A stretch of DNA of 64,000 nucleotides from Bryobacterales bacterium (GTDB taxonomy: Bacteria; Acidobacteriota; Terriglobia; Bryobacterales; UBA6623): NCBI GenBank assembly GCA_965226435.1, contig CBDDCY010000012.1, forward strand, positions 903,006 through 967,005, written 5' to 3'. The notes under the pieces are model-generated. The model worked only from the letters and a program-made list of their open reading frames with translations. It was not told the DNA's origin and did not search any database. The translations under genes were made by a program, and so were the position numbers. Position 1 is the stretch's first letter. The number at the start of each line of letters is the position of its first letter. Of this stretch, positions 39,322 through 50,471 are shown one piece after another.

Positions 39322-40293
39322 ATGTCTCAACGCCGTTTGTTGTTGTGCGTCGTTCTCTTGGCTGTCGCGAGCGGGAGTTCGTGTAGCCGGGAAAGCTCTA
39401 AGAAAGTCGTCGGGGTCATTCCCAAGGGCACGAACCACATCTTCTGGCAAACCGTTCACGCCGGGGCTCTGGCCGCCGCCGATGAATACGATCTCGAGGT
39501 GATCTGGAACGCTCCGCAACTCGAGATCGATAGCGCCCGCCAGATCTCGATCGTCGAGAATCTCATCACACGGCAAGTCGACGGCATTGTGCTGGCGCCG
39601 GTCGATGAAGAGGCGCTGGTCGCCGTGGTCGAGCGGGCGGCCGATTCCGGCATCCCGGTGTCGATTTTCGATTCGGGCATCAAGACCGACAAGATTATCT
39701 CCTTCGTCGCCACCGACAATTTCCAGGCCGGCGTGATGGCGGGCCGCCGTATGGGGCAAATTCTTAACGGCAAGGGCAAGGTCGGTGTGATCGGTTTCAT
39801 GCCCGGCAGCGCTTCGACGACGGCTCGCGAGGCGGGGTTCAACGAAACGTTGGCTCGCGAGTTCCCAATGATCAAAAACGTCGGCGTTCGTCACCCCATG
39901 GCGGACCGTGCCAAGGCTCTCGCCGAAGCCGAAAATATGATGACCGCCCACCCCGACCTCGACGCGCTCTTCGCCGACAACGAATCAAGCACCGACGGCA
40001 CCGTGCGGGCCGTCAAACAGCGCGGCGCCGTGGGACGGGTGAAGATCGTGGGATTCGATGCTTCCAAGGAATTGATCGAGGAACTCAAGGCCGGTACGAT
40101 CGACTCGATTGTCGTGCAAGACCCCTTCAAGATGGGCTATGAGAGCACGAAAGCCGTGGCCCTCCACCTCAACGGAGAAGAACTGACGGCCGAGATGGAT
40201 TCGGGCGCTTACTTGGTGTTGCCTGAGAACGTCGATACCCCCGAAATGCAGGAATTGCTGTTTCCGGATATCGCTCGCTGGCTCCGACGCTGA
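39322..40293 (+). CDS. Sugar ABC transporter substrate-binding protein (RbsB-like lipoprotein)
   Basis: PKG....FW, DGIVLAP, ATDN, VGFD and VQDPFKMGY motifs. Confidence 0.9.
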   Translation: MSQRRLLLCVVLLAVASGSSCSRESSKKVVGVIPKGTNHIFWQTVHAGALAAADEYDLEVIWNAPQLEIDSARQISIVENLITRQVDGIVLAPVDEEALVAVVERAADSGIPVSIFDSGIKTDKIISFVATDNFQAGVMAGRRMGQILNGKGKVGVIGFMPGSASTTAREAGFNETLAREFPMIKNVGVRHPMADRAKALAEAENMMTAHPDLDALFADNESSTDGTVRAVKQRGAVGRVKIVGFDASKELIEELKAGTIDSIVVQDPFKMGYESTKAVALHLNGEELTAEMDSGAYLVLPENVDTPEMQELLFPDIARWLRR

Positions 40294-40302
40294 GCCTGAC
40301 AG

Positions 40303-40360
40303 GTGGAGACAAACACTCGTGTTTGTCCCAGCCTACAGTTCAGGCAAGCTCTCAGTTTGT
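40303..40360. repeat. REP-like palindromes at the IS truncation point
   Basis: gacaaacac-tc-gtgtttgtc and ggcaagctctcagtttgtc; the latter is related to gacaagctctcagcttgc at ~45213. Confidence 0.5.
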
Positions 40361-40379
40361 CTCGCCCGCAACCCTTGTC

Positions 40380-41199
40380 CAACGAGTGGCTCGAAGCGCG
40401 CGGGCGGAAAGGTTGCCTGATGAACTTCGTCGACGATGCGACCGGTCTGGCGCTGTGCCGTTTCTCGAGCGAGGAAACGACTTGGGCGGCGGCCGATCTG
40501 CTCGAAGCCTGGGTGCGTCAATACGGCGTTCCGAAGGCGTTGTATTGCGACTGGAAGAACGTCTACAAGCGCCGGCCAACGTCGCGTGAAGCGCTGGAAG
40601 GCATCGAGCCCGAGACGCAGTTCGGACGCATGTGCGCCAAGCTCGGCATTGGTATCATCGCCGCTTCGTCACCGCAAGCGAAGGGCCGCGTGGAGCGCCA
40701 TCACGGCACCCATCAAGACCGCCTGATCAAGAAGATGCGGCTCAAAGGCATTGCCGATTACGAGGCGGCGAACCGCTATCTCGACGAGCAGTATCTGCCA
40801 GAGCACAACGCCAAGTTCGCCTCTGAGCCGTCAGCGGGAGCGGACTTTCATCGGCGCTTATCGAAGCGTTTGGACTTGAAGTGGGTGTTTTGCTTGGAGG
40901 GAGAGCGGGTGGTGTCCAACGACCTGGTGGTACGTTTCGAGAACCGTTTTCCGCAGTTGAAACCGCAGCGCAATCAGGCTCTGGGCGCAGGCGCGAGAGT
41001 AACCGTGCAGCAAGCGCGCGAGGGCGAGTTGCGGGTGGTGTTCGAGGGGAAAACGGTGGCGTTCGACGAGATCGCCAAGCCGCTCCCCAAGGTGCGGCCG
41101 GAGCCGAAACCGCGCCTGGCGCCGCAGCCGCGCACACCGCCGGCGAATCACCCTTGGCGCGCGCCGTTGAAGCCGAAAAAACGGGCGGCGACCGCGTGA
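40380..41199 (+). pseudogene. 5'-truncated IS1202/ISNCY transposase (rve integrase core)
   Basis: WLE.RG...LMNFVDDATG, ALYCD and SPQAKGRVER...T.QDRL motifs; HTH and first catalytic Asp missing. Confidence 0.85.
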
Positions 41200-41424
41200 A
41201 GAGGGCTGTGGAAATGACGGGGCCGTGGAAAACGAGGAAAACCCTCGGCAGCCGACGAGGAGCTTCGAACCTCATCGCTCGGGTTTCCCACGTTTCCCCC
41301 AGCCCCTTGGAAATCGCTGTGCGATTCCCACATTCCCACAAGCCCCTACGACTACTATCCTTTTACTTAAAAGGGGACATTTCTACCGGGCTAACCAAGG
41401 GGACATTTCTATCGCCTCTTGACA
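40380..41424 (+). mobile_element. Partial IS1202/ISNCY element with intact right end
   Basis: Right end has two aaggggacatttcta repeats (41371, 41397) and ends ...TTGACA at 41424. Confidence 0.8.
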
Positions 41425-41524
41425 CCCCTGCGCCATCGCCTCGACAACCCGGGTCCGGTTTGCTATCTTCTCCGCAGCGTGGTGATTCGGCCGCGCCTTT
41501 TTCCGGCCGTCGAGGAGTAAGCCC

Positions 41525-42532
41525 GTGTCCGATCCGATTCAAGCCGCCCCGCCGCCCGTTGTCGGCGCGGGGGATTTTCAGTACCGCCCTGTTCCCGGCT
41601 GGGAGACGATGCCGGAAGATTGGCGCTTCATCGATGTCGCCGGAATCGCCGTGGATTCCCAAGATCGCCTGTTCGTCTTTAATCGCGGCAAGCACCCGAT
41701 CATCGTGTTTGACCGCGACGGCAACGTCGTCCGCGCTTGGGGCGAAGGCGACTTCGTTCGGCCCCACGGTCTGCACATCGGCCCCGACGACATGGTCTAC
41801 GCGACCGACGACGATGGCCATACGGTGCGCAAATACACTCCCGAGGGCAAGTTGGTGATGGCGCTCGGCGACGGCACTCCCAGTGAAACCGGGATGCGCG
41901 ATTTCGACTACCGGCAAATCACTCACGGCGGCGATCCGTTCAACTACCCGACCAACATCGCCTTGACTCCCGATGGATCGATCTACATCACCGACGGTTA
42001 CGGCAATGCGCGTGTCCACAAGTTTTCGCCTGATGGGGAGTTGCAATTATCTTGGGGCGGTCCCGGCGCGGGCCCCGGAGAGTTCAACCTGCCCCACGGC
42101 ATCGCCCTCGACAGCGCCGGCCGGGTCTATGTCGCCGACCGCGAAAACAGCCGCGTGCAGATCTTTTCGGCGGAAGGCGAATTCATCACCGAGTGGACCC
42201 ATGTCTCGCGTCCGATGCAGGTGTTCATTGATTCCGCTGACAACGTCTACGTCGCCGAAGTCGGCCGCAAAGCGGGCCTGTTTCCCTGGCAAGAGGCCGG
42301 ACCGAACCCGACCGGAGGTCGCGTCAGCATCCTCACCACCAACGGCGAGATCGTCACTCGATGGGGCAACGGAGACAACCCCGGCACGCCCGGTGATTTC
42401 TTCGCCCCTCACGACATCTGCATCGACTCCGCGGGCAGCATCTACGTGGGCGAGGTTGTTTGGTCAGCCGGAGGACGAGATGGCGTGGTTCCGGCAACCT
42501 GCCCCGCGCTGCATAAGTTCGTCCGAGCCTGA
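41525..42532 (+). CDS. NHL-repeat beta-propeller (PAL-like) protein
   Basis: RPHGL, DGYGNARVHKF, FNLPHGI, ADRENSRVQ and APHDI motifs. Confidence 0.9.
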   Translation: MSDPIQAAPPPVVGAGDFQYRPVPGWETMPEDWRFIDVAGIAVDSQDRLFVFNRGKHPIIVFDRDGNVVRAWGEGDFVRPHGLHIGPDDMVYATDDDGHTVRKYTPEGKLVMALGDGTPSETGMRDFDYRQITHGGDPFNYPTNIALTPDGSIYITDGYGNARVHKFSPDGELQLSWGGPGAGPGEFNLPHGIALDSAGRVYVADRENSRVQIFSAEGEFITEWTHVSRPMQVFIDSADNVYVAEVGRKAGLFPWQEAGPNPTGGRVSILTTNGEIVTRWGNGDNPGTPGDFFAPHDICIDSAGSIYVGEVVWSAGGRDGVVPATCPALHKFVRA

Positions 42533-42670
42533 GCCTCGCCTGCTGTTGAATTTGGCGGTGCGGATGCCGCCGAATTTTGGCGCGCGCTTGGGTCGGGGCG
42601 CCAAAAATAGGCGGGAGAAACGTGGCCCCGTCTGAGCCCGGTTCACGCTTAGCCTAGCGGGAGTAGCTTT

Positions 42671-45178
42671 ATGACAAACGTTTCCATCCGTGTCTTTGCC
42701 CTCGTTCTTGCCGCCGCTTTCCCCAATGACACTCATGCCGCGAAGCCCATCGTCTCACCCTTAGCGAACAGCCATCCGGATTATGTGGCCTTGCGCGCGG
42801 CGCAATTAGGGCAGAGCTTTTCAGTCCGGGACCTCACTTTGCGACGGGACGTCGGCACGTTTCACTTGAAAACCGGTGCCGTCCAATTCTTGAAGCCCAT
42901 CTTGGACCGCGTGCCGATCGGCGTGTTTGTTGGCGAGGGGGAATTCACTCTCGAGCCGGCGACGGAACCAGAGCGCCGCATGATCCGACTCTACACCGAG
43001 AACGACTCGGTCGCTGAAAGTTTCAAGCAGGCGGTTTTTCTGTTCACCGATGACACCTTCTCTGAGATTCGGGACAAAGCGCAAGGGGTTGCCGCCAACG
43101 GAGCGGCCGCCGGGGTGCTGGAGAATCTGCGGTCCAGGCTGCGCGATCGACGCGAGAATCCCATGAGCACAACCGAGGCGACCCTCAACGGTTCCTACAT
43201 GGACAACGTCGACGCCGACATCCTCGCGGGGCTGCTCAACCCCAAGCGCCCGCGATTCTTTAGTGCCTACATCAAGGGCAACCGCTACGACGATTTGAGG
43301 TTTCACGTGCGGCCCGGCGGCGGCATCCCACAACTGCTTTCCAACGAGCCGGTCGCGCTTGTCAATTTCTCTCGAGGAGGCGACCGCGACGGTATTTGGT
43401 ACCTCGCGCATCGTAAAAATGATATCGTGGCGGGCTCCCGCGAAAGCACTCACGATCTCGACGTCTTGCACTACAAGATTGACGCCGAAATCGCGGGCAA
43501 CAAAGACTTGAGTGCCACCGTGGAAATCACCTTCCAGCCGCTGCTCGATGGGGATCGCGTGCTTCGGTTCGGGCTCTTCCCGACTCTGCGAGTCTCGGAA
43601 GTGACTTTCGGGCGACAACCGATTTATTTCGTCCAGCAAGGTAAGAAGGAGGATTGCGGTTTCTACGTGATTATTCCGGAAGCGCTGGAGCGGGGACGCG
43701 AGTACAAGTTGGCGGTGACCTACTCCGGCGATGAGATTATTCGCGGCAGCGGCGGCGGCAACTTTGCCGTCGCCGCGCGTTCAAGTTGGTATCCGAGCGT
43801 CGGTTCCTTCCGTGATCGCGCGACTTATGAGCTGAAGTTCCGCTACCCAAAACGGTTCGTCTTGGCGAGCGTCGGTGATTTCGTTGAGGAGGGCAAAGAC
43901 AGCAAGGTCGCTTATTCCCATTGGAAGTCAGACGTCCCCCTGAAGGTTGCCGGATTCCACTACGGTCGCTTCAAAAAGAGGGTCATTCAGGACAAGCTCA
44001 CCGGTAAAGCTATCGAAGGATACGTGACAAACCAGGTTCCGGACATCCTCCGTGCCGACAGGATGATGAACGATTTGCCGAGTCCCAACGACAGGCCGCG
44101 TGTCCAGGGGACATCGAGCTTCCAAGGCACTATGTCTCCGAAGCGCATGATGGAGAGCGTAATGCGGGAGGCGCAAGTATCAACACAGCTTTTCACGCAC
44201 TGGTTTGGACCGCTGCCGTATTCACGGATCGCCATTACCCAACAGCCCCAATTTGGTTTTGGTCAATCCTGGCCCACGCTCGTCTATTTGCCGGTCAGCG
44301 CCTTCCTCGATTCGACGCAACGCTGGTCGTTGCTGGGGGGCGGTGCCTTCAGGTTCGCTTACTTCGTTCTGGAAGTCACCCCTCATGAAGTGGCTCATCA
44401 GTGGTGGGGACACCTTGTTGGCTGGGACTCTTATCACGATCAATGGATTTCCGAAGGATTCTCGGAATTTTCGGCAGGCCTATTTCTTCAGATCAAAGAC
44501 GCCGGGGAGTACAAGAAGTTTCTCGAGCGGGGGCGGCGGCTGATTCTTGAGAAGAACGAGTACGCGTTCAGCGCCAACGATACGGGACCTCTTTGGATGG
44601 GCCACCGCTTGAATACGCCCAAAACCGCCTCGGCGTATAACAGACTGATCTACGCCAAGGGCGGCTACGTCTTGCATATGCTGCGCCAGATGATGTTTGA
44701 TGCTCGCGGCAAGGGGGACCAGCCATTTATCGAAATGATGAGGGACTTCGTTGATGCTCACCGCAACAGTGACGCCACGACGGAGAGTTTCCGGGCCATC
44801 GTTGAAAAGCACATGACACCCCCGATGAACCTCGGTCGTAACGGCAAGATGGACTGGTTTTTCCGGCAGTGGGTCTATGGAAGTGAACTGCCCAGTTACG
44901 AGTTCCGATATAGTTTGACGCCAGTCGACGGAGGGAAGGCACAGTTCAACGGTACGATCACCCAATCGGGTGTGTCTGACAACTTCGTGATGAATATGCC
45001 GGTCTACGCCCGCGTGAAAAACAAACTTATCCGGTTCGCATCATCGAACATCACCGGCAACAACACCTCGCCGGCCTTCGACTTCACGCTGCCCTTGATG
45101 CCCGATGCCGTTCTCATTAACGCTCAGCATGATGTTCTGGCTGAGAAGGTCACGATCGAGCGCTCGGGGCAGAAGTAG
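42671..45178 (+). CDS. Secreted M1 family metallopeptidase
   Basis: HEVAHQWWG + SEG, and YAKG..VLHMLR motifs. Confidence 0.9.
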   Translation: MTNVSIRVFALVLAAAFPNDTHAAKPIVSPLANSHPDYVALRAAQLGQSFSVRDLTLRRDVGTFHLKTGAVQFLKPILDRVPIGVFVGEGEFTLEPATEPERRMIRLYTENDSVAESFKQAVFLFTDDTFSEIRDKAQGVAANGAAAGVLENLRSRLRDRRENPMSTTEATLNGSYMDNVDADILAGLLNPKRPRFFSAYIKGNRYDDLRFHVRPGGGIPQLLSNEPVALVNFSRGGDRDGIWYLAHRKNDIVAGSRESTHDLDVLHYKIDAEIAGNKDLSATVEITFQPLLDGDRVLRFGLFPTLRVSEVTFGRQPIYFVQQGKKEDCGFYVIIPEALERGREYKLAVTYSGDEIIRGSGGGNFAVAARSSWYPSVGSFRDRATYELKFRYPKRFVLASVGDFVEEGKDSKVAYSHWKSDVPLKVAGFHYGRFKKRVIQDKLTGKAIEGYVTNQVPDILRADRMMNDLPSPNDRPRVQGTSSFQGTMSPKRMMESVMREAQVSTQLFTHWFGPLPYSRIAITQQPQFGFGQSWPTLVYLPVSAFLDSTQRWSLLGGGAFRFAYFVLEVTPHEVAHQWWGHLVGWDSYHDQWISEGFSEFSAGLFLQIKDAGEYKKFLERGRRLILEKNEYAFSANDTGPLWMGHRLNTPKTASAYNRLIYAKGGYVLHMLRQMMFDARGKGDQPFIEMMRDFVDAHRNSDATTESFRAIVEKHMTPPMNLGRNGKMDWFFRQWVYGSELPSYEFRYSLTPVDGGKAQFNGTITQSGVSDNFVMNMPVYARVKNKLIRFASSNITGNNTSPAFDFTLPLMPDAVLINAQHDVLAEKVTIERSGQK

Positions 45179-45505
45179 GTCCCCACCCAGGCCGCTCTTC
45201 TCATCGCGCGGAGACAAGCTCTCAGCTTGCTGCCCCCGACTTCCTTCGAATTTTCCATTACTGCGCACCAACAGACGCTTTCGGGCGCAGCTGGTCGACA
45301 AAGGTCCCGTCGTCTCGCACTTTGAATCTGACTGGCCGTGATGTAATCGTTTCTCCGCGTTCTTGATCGCCTGCCGGTTGCTCGTACCTGCATACCATCT
45401 CAAACGTGCCGACACGGTTTTCCACGTAACGCGACTCCAATGCGGCCATCAGCGTTCCATTCTCCATATCCCTCAACCACTTCTCCTGAGCAAGTTCGTA
45501 CAAAC

Positions 45506-46545
45506 TTACTGAGTCTCGCATAATATACTGTCAACGAGACAAAGAGAAGACTGTTTCCAGAAAGCGGTAATCAAGCGCGGTTTGCGGCGCATTCGCCGCA
45601 GCGCTTTGCGGGCGCGCTCGTCGAGTTCCCAGTAGTCCTTCGGGCAGACGTTGGGCAACTCGTGCTGCTTCCAGTACGCCCAAATGTATTCCACCGGGTT
45701 CAACTCCGGCGCATAGGGCGGCAAGTACTCCGTTGCGATGTGATCCTCGGAGAGCTGGATGAACTCCCGCACCAGGCGGCTGCGGTGCGCCGGCAGCCGG
45801 TCCCAGACGATCAGCAGTGGGCCGTCGATGTGGCGCAGCAAAGCCTTCAGGAAGTCGATGACCTCCAGCTCGCCGATCGCGCCGGGATAGAGCCGGAAGT
45901 AAAAGTTGCGCAACGTCAGCCCGGCCGACACCGACAGCTTGTCCCAGTTGAAGTTGAACTCCAACACCGGTGTCTCGCCGCGCGGCGCCCAGGTGCGGCA
46001 ACGATGCGGCTTCTGACTCAATCCGCTTTCGTCGATGAAGACGATCGTACGTTCTTCTTTGCGGGCTTTTTTTTAATGGCCGGCCAAGTCTTGCGCTGCC
46101 AGCCGCGGATGGCCTCTTCGTTGCGCTCCCGCGCTTTGCCGACGGGCCGTTGCGGGCTCCAACCGAGCGCCCGCAGGATCTTCCAGACATGGCCCTCGTG
46201 ATAGCGCACGCCGAACTCGTCTCCGATCAGACGAGCGACCCGCGGACAGCTCCACAGCGGCGTCGGGAAGCCGTGCGCCTCGGGGCCTTCCAGCAGCAAC
46301 GCCTCGAGGCGTTCGAGCTGCGCGGCGTCCAACAGCGGCTTACGGCCGGCGCGGCCGGCCTGGCGCAACCCGGCTTCGCCGTCACGCCGGTATCGTCGCA
46401 GCCACTCGCTGACGCTTTGCCGCGCGACCTTCAATCGCCTCGCTGTCTCGGACTGACTACAGCCTTGCTCGACCAACCGGATCGCTTTGAAACGGCGCTT
46501 CTCCAGGGCCTCGAAATCCCGCCGTACGCCTTTTGTATTTCCCAT
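45506..46545 (-). CDS. IS630 transposase, OrfA+OrfB joined by -1 frameshift
   Basis: HTH OrfA at 46018-46545, A8G slippery run at 46066-46074, and a -1 frame reading FIDESG...WDRL...PELNPVE (DDE). Confidence 0.92.
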
Positions 46546-46600
46546 ACATACAAAGACGTACGTACCCCAAAAAGGTGTCACTTTATTTTGCGAGACTCAA
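45509..46600 (-). mobile_element. IS630 family insertion sequence (1092 bp)
   Basis: Terminal IRs (C/T)TGAGTCTCGCA(T/A)AATA; duplicated TA at 45507-8 and 46601-2. Confidence 0.95.
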
Positions 46601-47153
46601 TAGCTGGCTAGGCGTGACTTCGTCCCTCTTCTTTCGACGTTCATCAATCCACACTTCGCGTTCTTTCGTCGTCTGTGTCAGATAGGTCTCAATAGTCTGC
46701 CGTCGTCGTTCCTCCCGAATGGATAGCATGAGCGACGCCCTGACGTAGCGCCGACCAGGCCCGCTCGATCCTCCCGAGAAGGTAAGCGTTGCTGGAACAA
46801 TGGAGCTGGAACCGTCATCCACCCGGAACACGTCAACAGCAAGCTTCTTCTTCAGCACGTTGGCTTCTTGCCGGGGGATATTGACGAGTTCAAACTTGAT
46901 CCCGATTCGCTGTAAGTTAGTAACCTCTGCGACTTCTCCGTCACTTTCGGTCCCGTTCTTCCCGGCAATGATTTGGCAGCTCACCTGGCGTTCAGTTGGA
47001 CCGCCCTCGGCTTGGCCGTAGACGATCGTTGAGCAAGCCAACCCCACCAGAAGAAACCGTCGCATGAATTCGTAGCGTGGCATTTCGAAAGACTCATGGA
47101 AGAAACGGAGCTGGGAAAGTCGGGGACTCGCCTCGGGCAACCTCACACGAGCC

Positions 47154-49775
47154 TCACCCCGAAACCCGCGCCCGCCGCAAACGCAGACTATTCGTCACAA
47201 CCGAGACGCTCGAAAGGGCCATGGCGGCCGAGGCGATAATCGGCGATAGCAGCCATCCGGTCCAGGGATAGAAGACGCCAGCGGCAATCGGGATTCCCAC
47301 GACGTTGTAGGCGAACGCCCAGAACAGGTTCTGGCGAATCGTGCGCATGGTGCGCTTGGAAAGCTCGATGGCGGCGCTTACTCCGCTTAGCTCATTGCGC
47401 ACCAAAACCAGGTCCGCGGTCTCGAGCGCTACGTCGGTGCCCGCGCCGAGCGCGATACCGAGATCGGCCGCGGCCAGCGCCGGAGCGTCGTTGATGCCGT
47501 CGCCGACCATGGCAACAGCGCCGCCCGGTTGCCGCAGCTTCTTCACTTCGTCGGCTTTGCCCTCGGGCAGCACTTCCGCCAGAACGTTGTCGATACCCAC
47601 TTCGGCCGCCACCGCTTCGGCCACTTGACGGTTGTCGCCGGTGATCATGACGGTCCGGACACCGCCGGCGCGAAGCGCGGCGATTGTCGCGGCGGCGCCG
47701 GGCTTCACGGGGTCTCCGATACCGATGAGGCCTACCACGACGCCGTCGGAGGCAACATAGATCGCCGTCTTGCCTTCACTCGAAAGGCGCTCTCTCGGAT
47801 CGGCGGCCGCGGTCGTGTCGATGCCGCGTTCGCGCATCAGGCGTTCGTTTCCGAGCAGCCAGTCACCGCCGTTCAGCTTCGCTTCCACGCCGTAACCGAC
47901 CAGCGCGGCAAACGACTCCGTCCTCTCCAACGTCAAGCCGCGCGATTCGGCTTCACTCACAACGGCTCGGGCCAAAGAGTGCTCGGACAGGTTTTCGATC
48001 GACGCCGCGGCCCCCAGCAAGACGTCTTCCGACGTTGCCCCGAACGCGATGACGTTCGTCACTTGCGGCTTGCCGGCCGTGATCGTCCCTGTTTTGTCGA
48101 ACACAATCGTTCGAATTTTCTCGGCAACCTCGAGCGCCCCCCCGCTCTTGATCAAGATTCCGTTTTCGGCCCCTCGTCCAATACCGACCATGACCGCCGT
48201 CGGCGTGGCCAGACCCATCGCACACGGGCAGGCGATGATCAAGACGGCGACGGCATTGAGCAGCGCCATTCTGAGCGCCTCTTCCGGGGGCGCGGTGAAA
48301 TACCAAGCGAAAAACGTTATGGCCGCGATGGCGATGACAACGGGCGTGAAGTATCCGCTGATCACATCGGCGAGGCGTGCGATGGGAGCCTTCGACTGCT
48401 GCGCCTGTTTCACCAAGAGGATAATCCGCGCCAACGCCGTATCGCCGCCGACGTGTCGCGCTTCGAAACGGAAGCTGCCGGTCTGATTGATCGTCGCTCC
48501 GTAAACGCTCGCGCCCCGGCTCTTTTCGACCGCCAGGCTCTCGCCTGTCAGCATCGCTTCGTCGGCCGACGAGGCGCCCTCGGTCACGATGCCGTCCACG
48601 GGGATCTTTTCGCCCGGCCTCACGACCACGATGTCGCCAACCACGACTTCATCGAGCGGTACGTCGATCTCGGCCCCGTCGCGCACGACTCGCGCCGTCT
48701 TCGCCTGTAGGTCGAGCAATTTGCGAATGGCCGAGGATGTCCGTCCGCGGGCTCGCGCTTCGAGAACCCGCCCCAGCAAGATCAGCGTGATGATCGCCGC
48801 CGCTGTTTCGAAATACACCGGAGCTTGGTGCGCCCCCGGGGCCGCTACCCAGGAGGGCGCCAGCGTCGCGGCCGTCGAGTACAGAAATGCCGACCCGGTT
48901 CCGACGGCGATCAACGTATTCATATCCGATGTAAAGTGACGCGCCGCCGCCCAAGCCGCGCGATAAAAGCGGCCGCCGCCATAGAAGAGCACCGGCAAGG
49001 TGAGCGCAAGCTGGACCCAGTTCATTCCGCTGAACGAGATCGCGCCGTGCGACATGGCAAGCACTAACAACGGCACGGTGAAGACCGCCGACACGATGAA
49101 TCTTCGCGTCCACTCGCGGGCCTCCTCGTGCTCGTGCTCCCCGGCCGGAGTTTCTTCCGGCGCCGTCCGGCGCGCCGTGTACCCGGCTTCGGCAACGGCC
49201 CCTGTCAGCCGCTCGACGGAAACGCGCGCGGCATCGTATCCGACCCTGGCCGTTCCGGTGGCCAGATTGACCTCGGCGCTCTCGACACCGGGCTCGGCGA
49301 GTAGTTGTTTTTCGATCGTGTGAACACAGCCCGCACAGGTCATGCCGGTGATAGCAAGCTCGGCAACGGCGTGTTCGTCGGCTGCATCGGGAACCGTCTC
49401 CAAGGGGACGGCCGGCTCGGGGGATGGCGTTTCGACCGGAATCGGGGCAACAGGCCCCCCTAACGTCACCAACGGCCCGCCAACCGGCTTCGCCATAACG
49501 GGTAAACCGAGAGGCGGTGCTTCCGCCGCCCCGTTCAAGGGCTGATAGCCTGCCTCGCGAACGGCATCGGCGAGCTGCTCGCGGGTAACTCGCTGGGGAT
49601 CGAAGTGGACCGTGGCCGCGCCTTCGGCCAAATCGACATCAGCGCCGACCACGCCGGGCACCCCGAGCAAGCCTCGCTCGACCCTGCCGACGCATCCTTG
49701 GCAGGTCATCCCGCCGATCGGCAGCCGAAGAGTCGCGGTCGACGGTGTCTTCGATGGTGAAATCGGGGCCGACAT
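47154..49775 (-). CDS. copA: Cu(I)-translocating P1B-type ATPase
   Basis: Two GMTCxxC domains, CPC, DKTGT, GDGIND, YN and MALSS motifs. Confidence 0.93.
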   Translation of the reverse strand: MSAPISPSKTPSTATLRLPIGGMTCQGCVGRVERGLLGVPGVVGADVDLAEGAATVHFDPQRVTREQLADAVREAGYQPLNGAAEAPPLGLPVMAKPVGGPLVTLGGPVAPIPVETPSPEPAVPLETVPDAADEHAVAELAITGMTCAGCVHTIEKQLLAEPGVESAEVNLATGTARVGYDAARVSVERLTGAVAEAGYTARRTAPEETPAGEHEHEEAREWTRRFIVSAVFTVPLLVLAMSHGAISFSGMNWVQLALTLPVLFYGGGRFYRAAWAAARHFTSDMNTLIAVGTGSAFLYSTAATLAPSWVAAPGAHQAPVYFETAAAIITLILLGRVLEARARGRTSSAIRKLLDLQAKTARVVRDGAEIDVPLDEVVVGDIVVVRPGEKIPVDGIVTEGASSADEAMLTGESLAVEKSRGASVYGATINQTGSFRFEARHVGGDTALARIILLVKQAQQSKAPIARLADVISGYFTPVVIAIAAITFFAWYFTAPPEEALRMALLNAVAVLIIACPCAMGLATPTAVMVGIGRGAENGILIKSGGALEVAEKIRTIVFDKTGTITAGKPQVTNVIAFGATSEDVLLGAAASIENLSEHSLARAVVSEAESRGLTLERTESFAALVGYGVEAKLNGGDWLLGNERLMRERGIDTTAAADPRERLSSEGKTAIYVASDGVVVGLIGIGDPVKPGAAATIAALRAGGVRTVMITGDNRQVAEAVAAEVGIDNVLAEVLPEGKADEVKKLRQPGGAVAMVGDGINDAPALAAADLGIALGAGTDVALETADLVLVRNELSGVSAAIELSKRTMRTIRQNLFWAFAYNVVGIPIAAGVFYPWTGWLLSPIIASAAMALSSVSVVTNSLRLRRARVSG

Positions 49776-49778
49776 GAT

Positions 49779-50267
49779 TCACCTCCCGCGCCCGGGGGCA
49801 CGGCGGCCGCCGACGGAGGGCGGGTGCAGCGTTCCCTCCTCCAAGCTCTCGATCAGGCCGCAGATCATACCCTCTTGCTCGCCGCGGCGATCCCAGGCGT
49901 CGACGGTTTTCTTCAACTCGTTTCGATAGCGCCGCAGCTCAACGAGTTTGCGGTCGAGTTCGGCCAAGCGCTCGGCGGCGATGCGGCGGACGTCCGAGCA
50001 GGGCCGCTTGCCTTGACCGGCCTCGGAGATAATGCGGGCAATCTCATCGAGTGAAAAGCCCACCGCTTGGGCTTTCTTGATAAACGACAACCGCTCGAAA
50101 ACCGACTCATCGTAGATGCGATAGCCCGATGCCGTGCGCCCCAGGGGCGTAATCAGCCCGCGGTTTTCGTAGAAACGGAGAGTCTCGACGCCGGCCCCCG
50201 ATTTACGCGCGACATCGCCGATCTTGAGCGGTTGAGAGAGTCGATGAGTGGTTTGCGGGCTTCCCAT
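49779..50267 (-). CDS. MerR family heavy-metal-responsive regulator
   Basis: IGDVA...TLRFYE..GL, GYRIY and GFSLDEI motifs; Cys in RPCSD and MICG. Confidence 0.92.
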   Translation of the reverse strand: MGSPQTTHRLSQPLKIGDVARKSGAGVETLRFYENRGLITPLGRTASGYRIYDESVFERLSFIKKAQAVGFSLDEIARIISEAGQGKRPCSDVRRIAAERLAELDRKLVELRRYRNELKKTVDAWDRRGEQEGMICGLIESLEEGTLHPPSVGGRRAPGRGR

Positions 50268-50273
50268 GCTTTC

Positions 50274-50305
50274 AGTATATACTCTATAGTTGACTATAGA
50301 GTCAA
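50274..50305 (-). promoter_or_regulatory. MerR-type promoter/operator
   Basis: TTGACT-20 nt-TATACT with dyad actctatagt-tg-actatagagt (50281-50302); ATG 6 nt after the -10. Confidence 0.88.
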
Positions 50306-50471
50306 GTCCGACATAATCTGCCCAGTTCCCAAACCGAGCCGCGCACGTCAGTAAGCGGTCTCGAGCTGAAGCCGCCCGGCCCCGAGGAAGGTTGCAGGAC
50401 CTCGGGTGCGCGGCGATAGGCGCCTCCGAGGCCCCGGGCCGAGGGCATCCGCCGTCTCGCGTGGAGTTTCG

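Larger units (their letters stand above)
45258..47065 (-). pseudogene. Secreted hypothetical protein interrupted by IS630
   Basis: Removing the IS and one TA joins VTPSQL to SLYELAQ in frame, giving 237 aa; signal peptide MRRFLLVGLAC. Confidence 0.85.
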
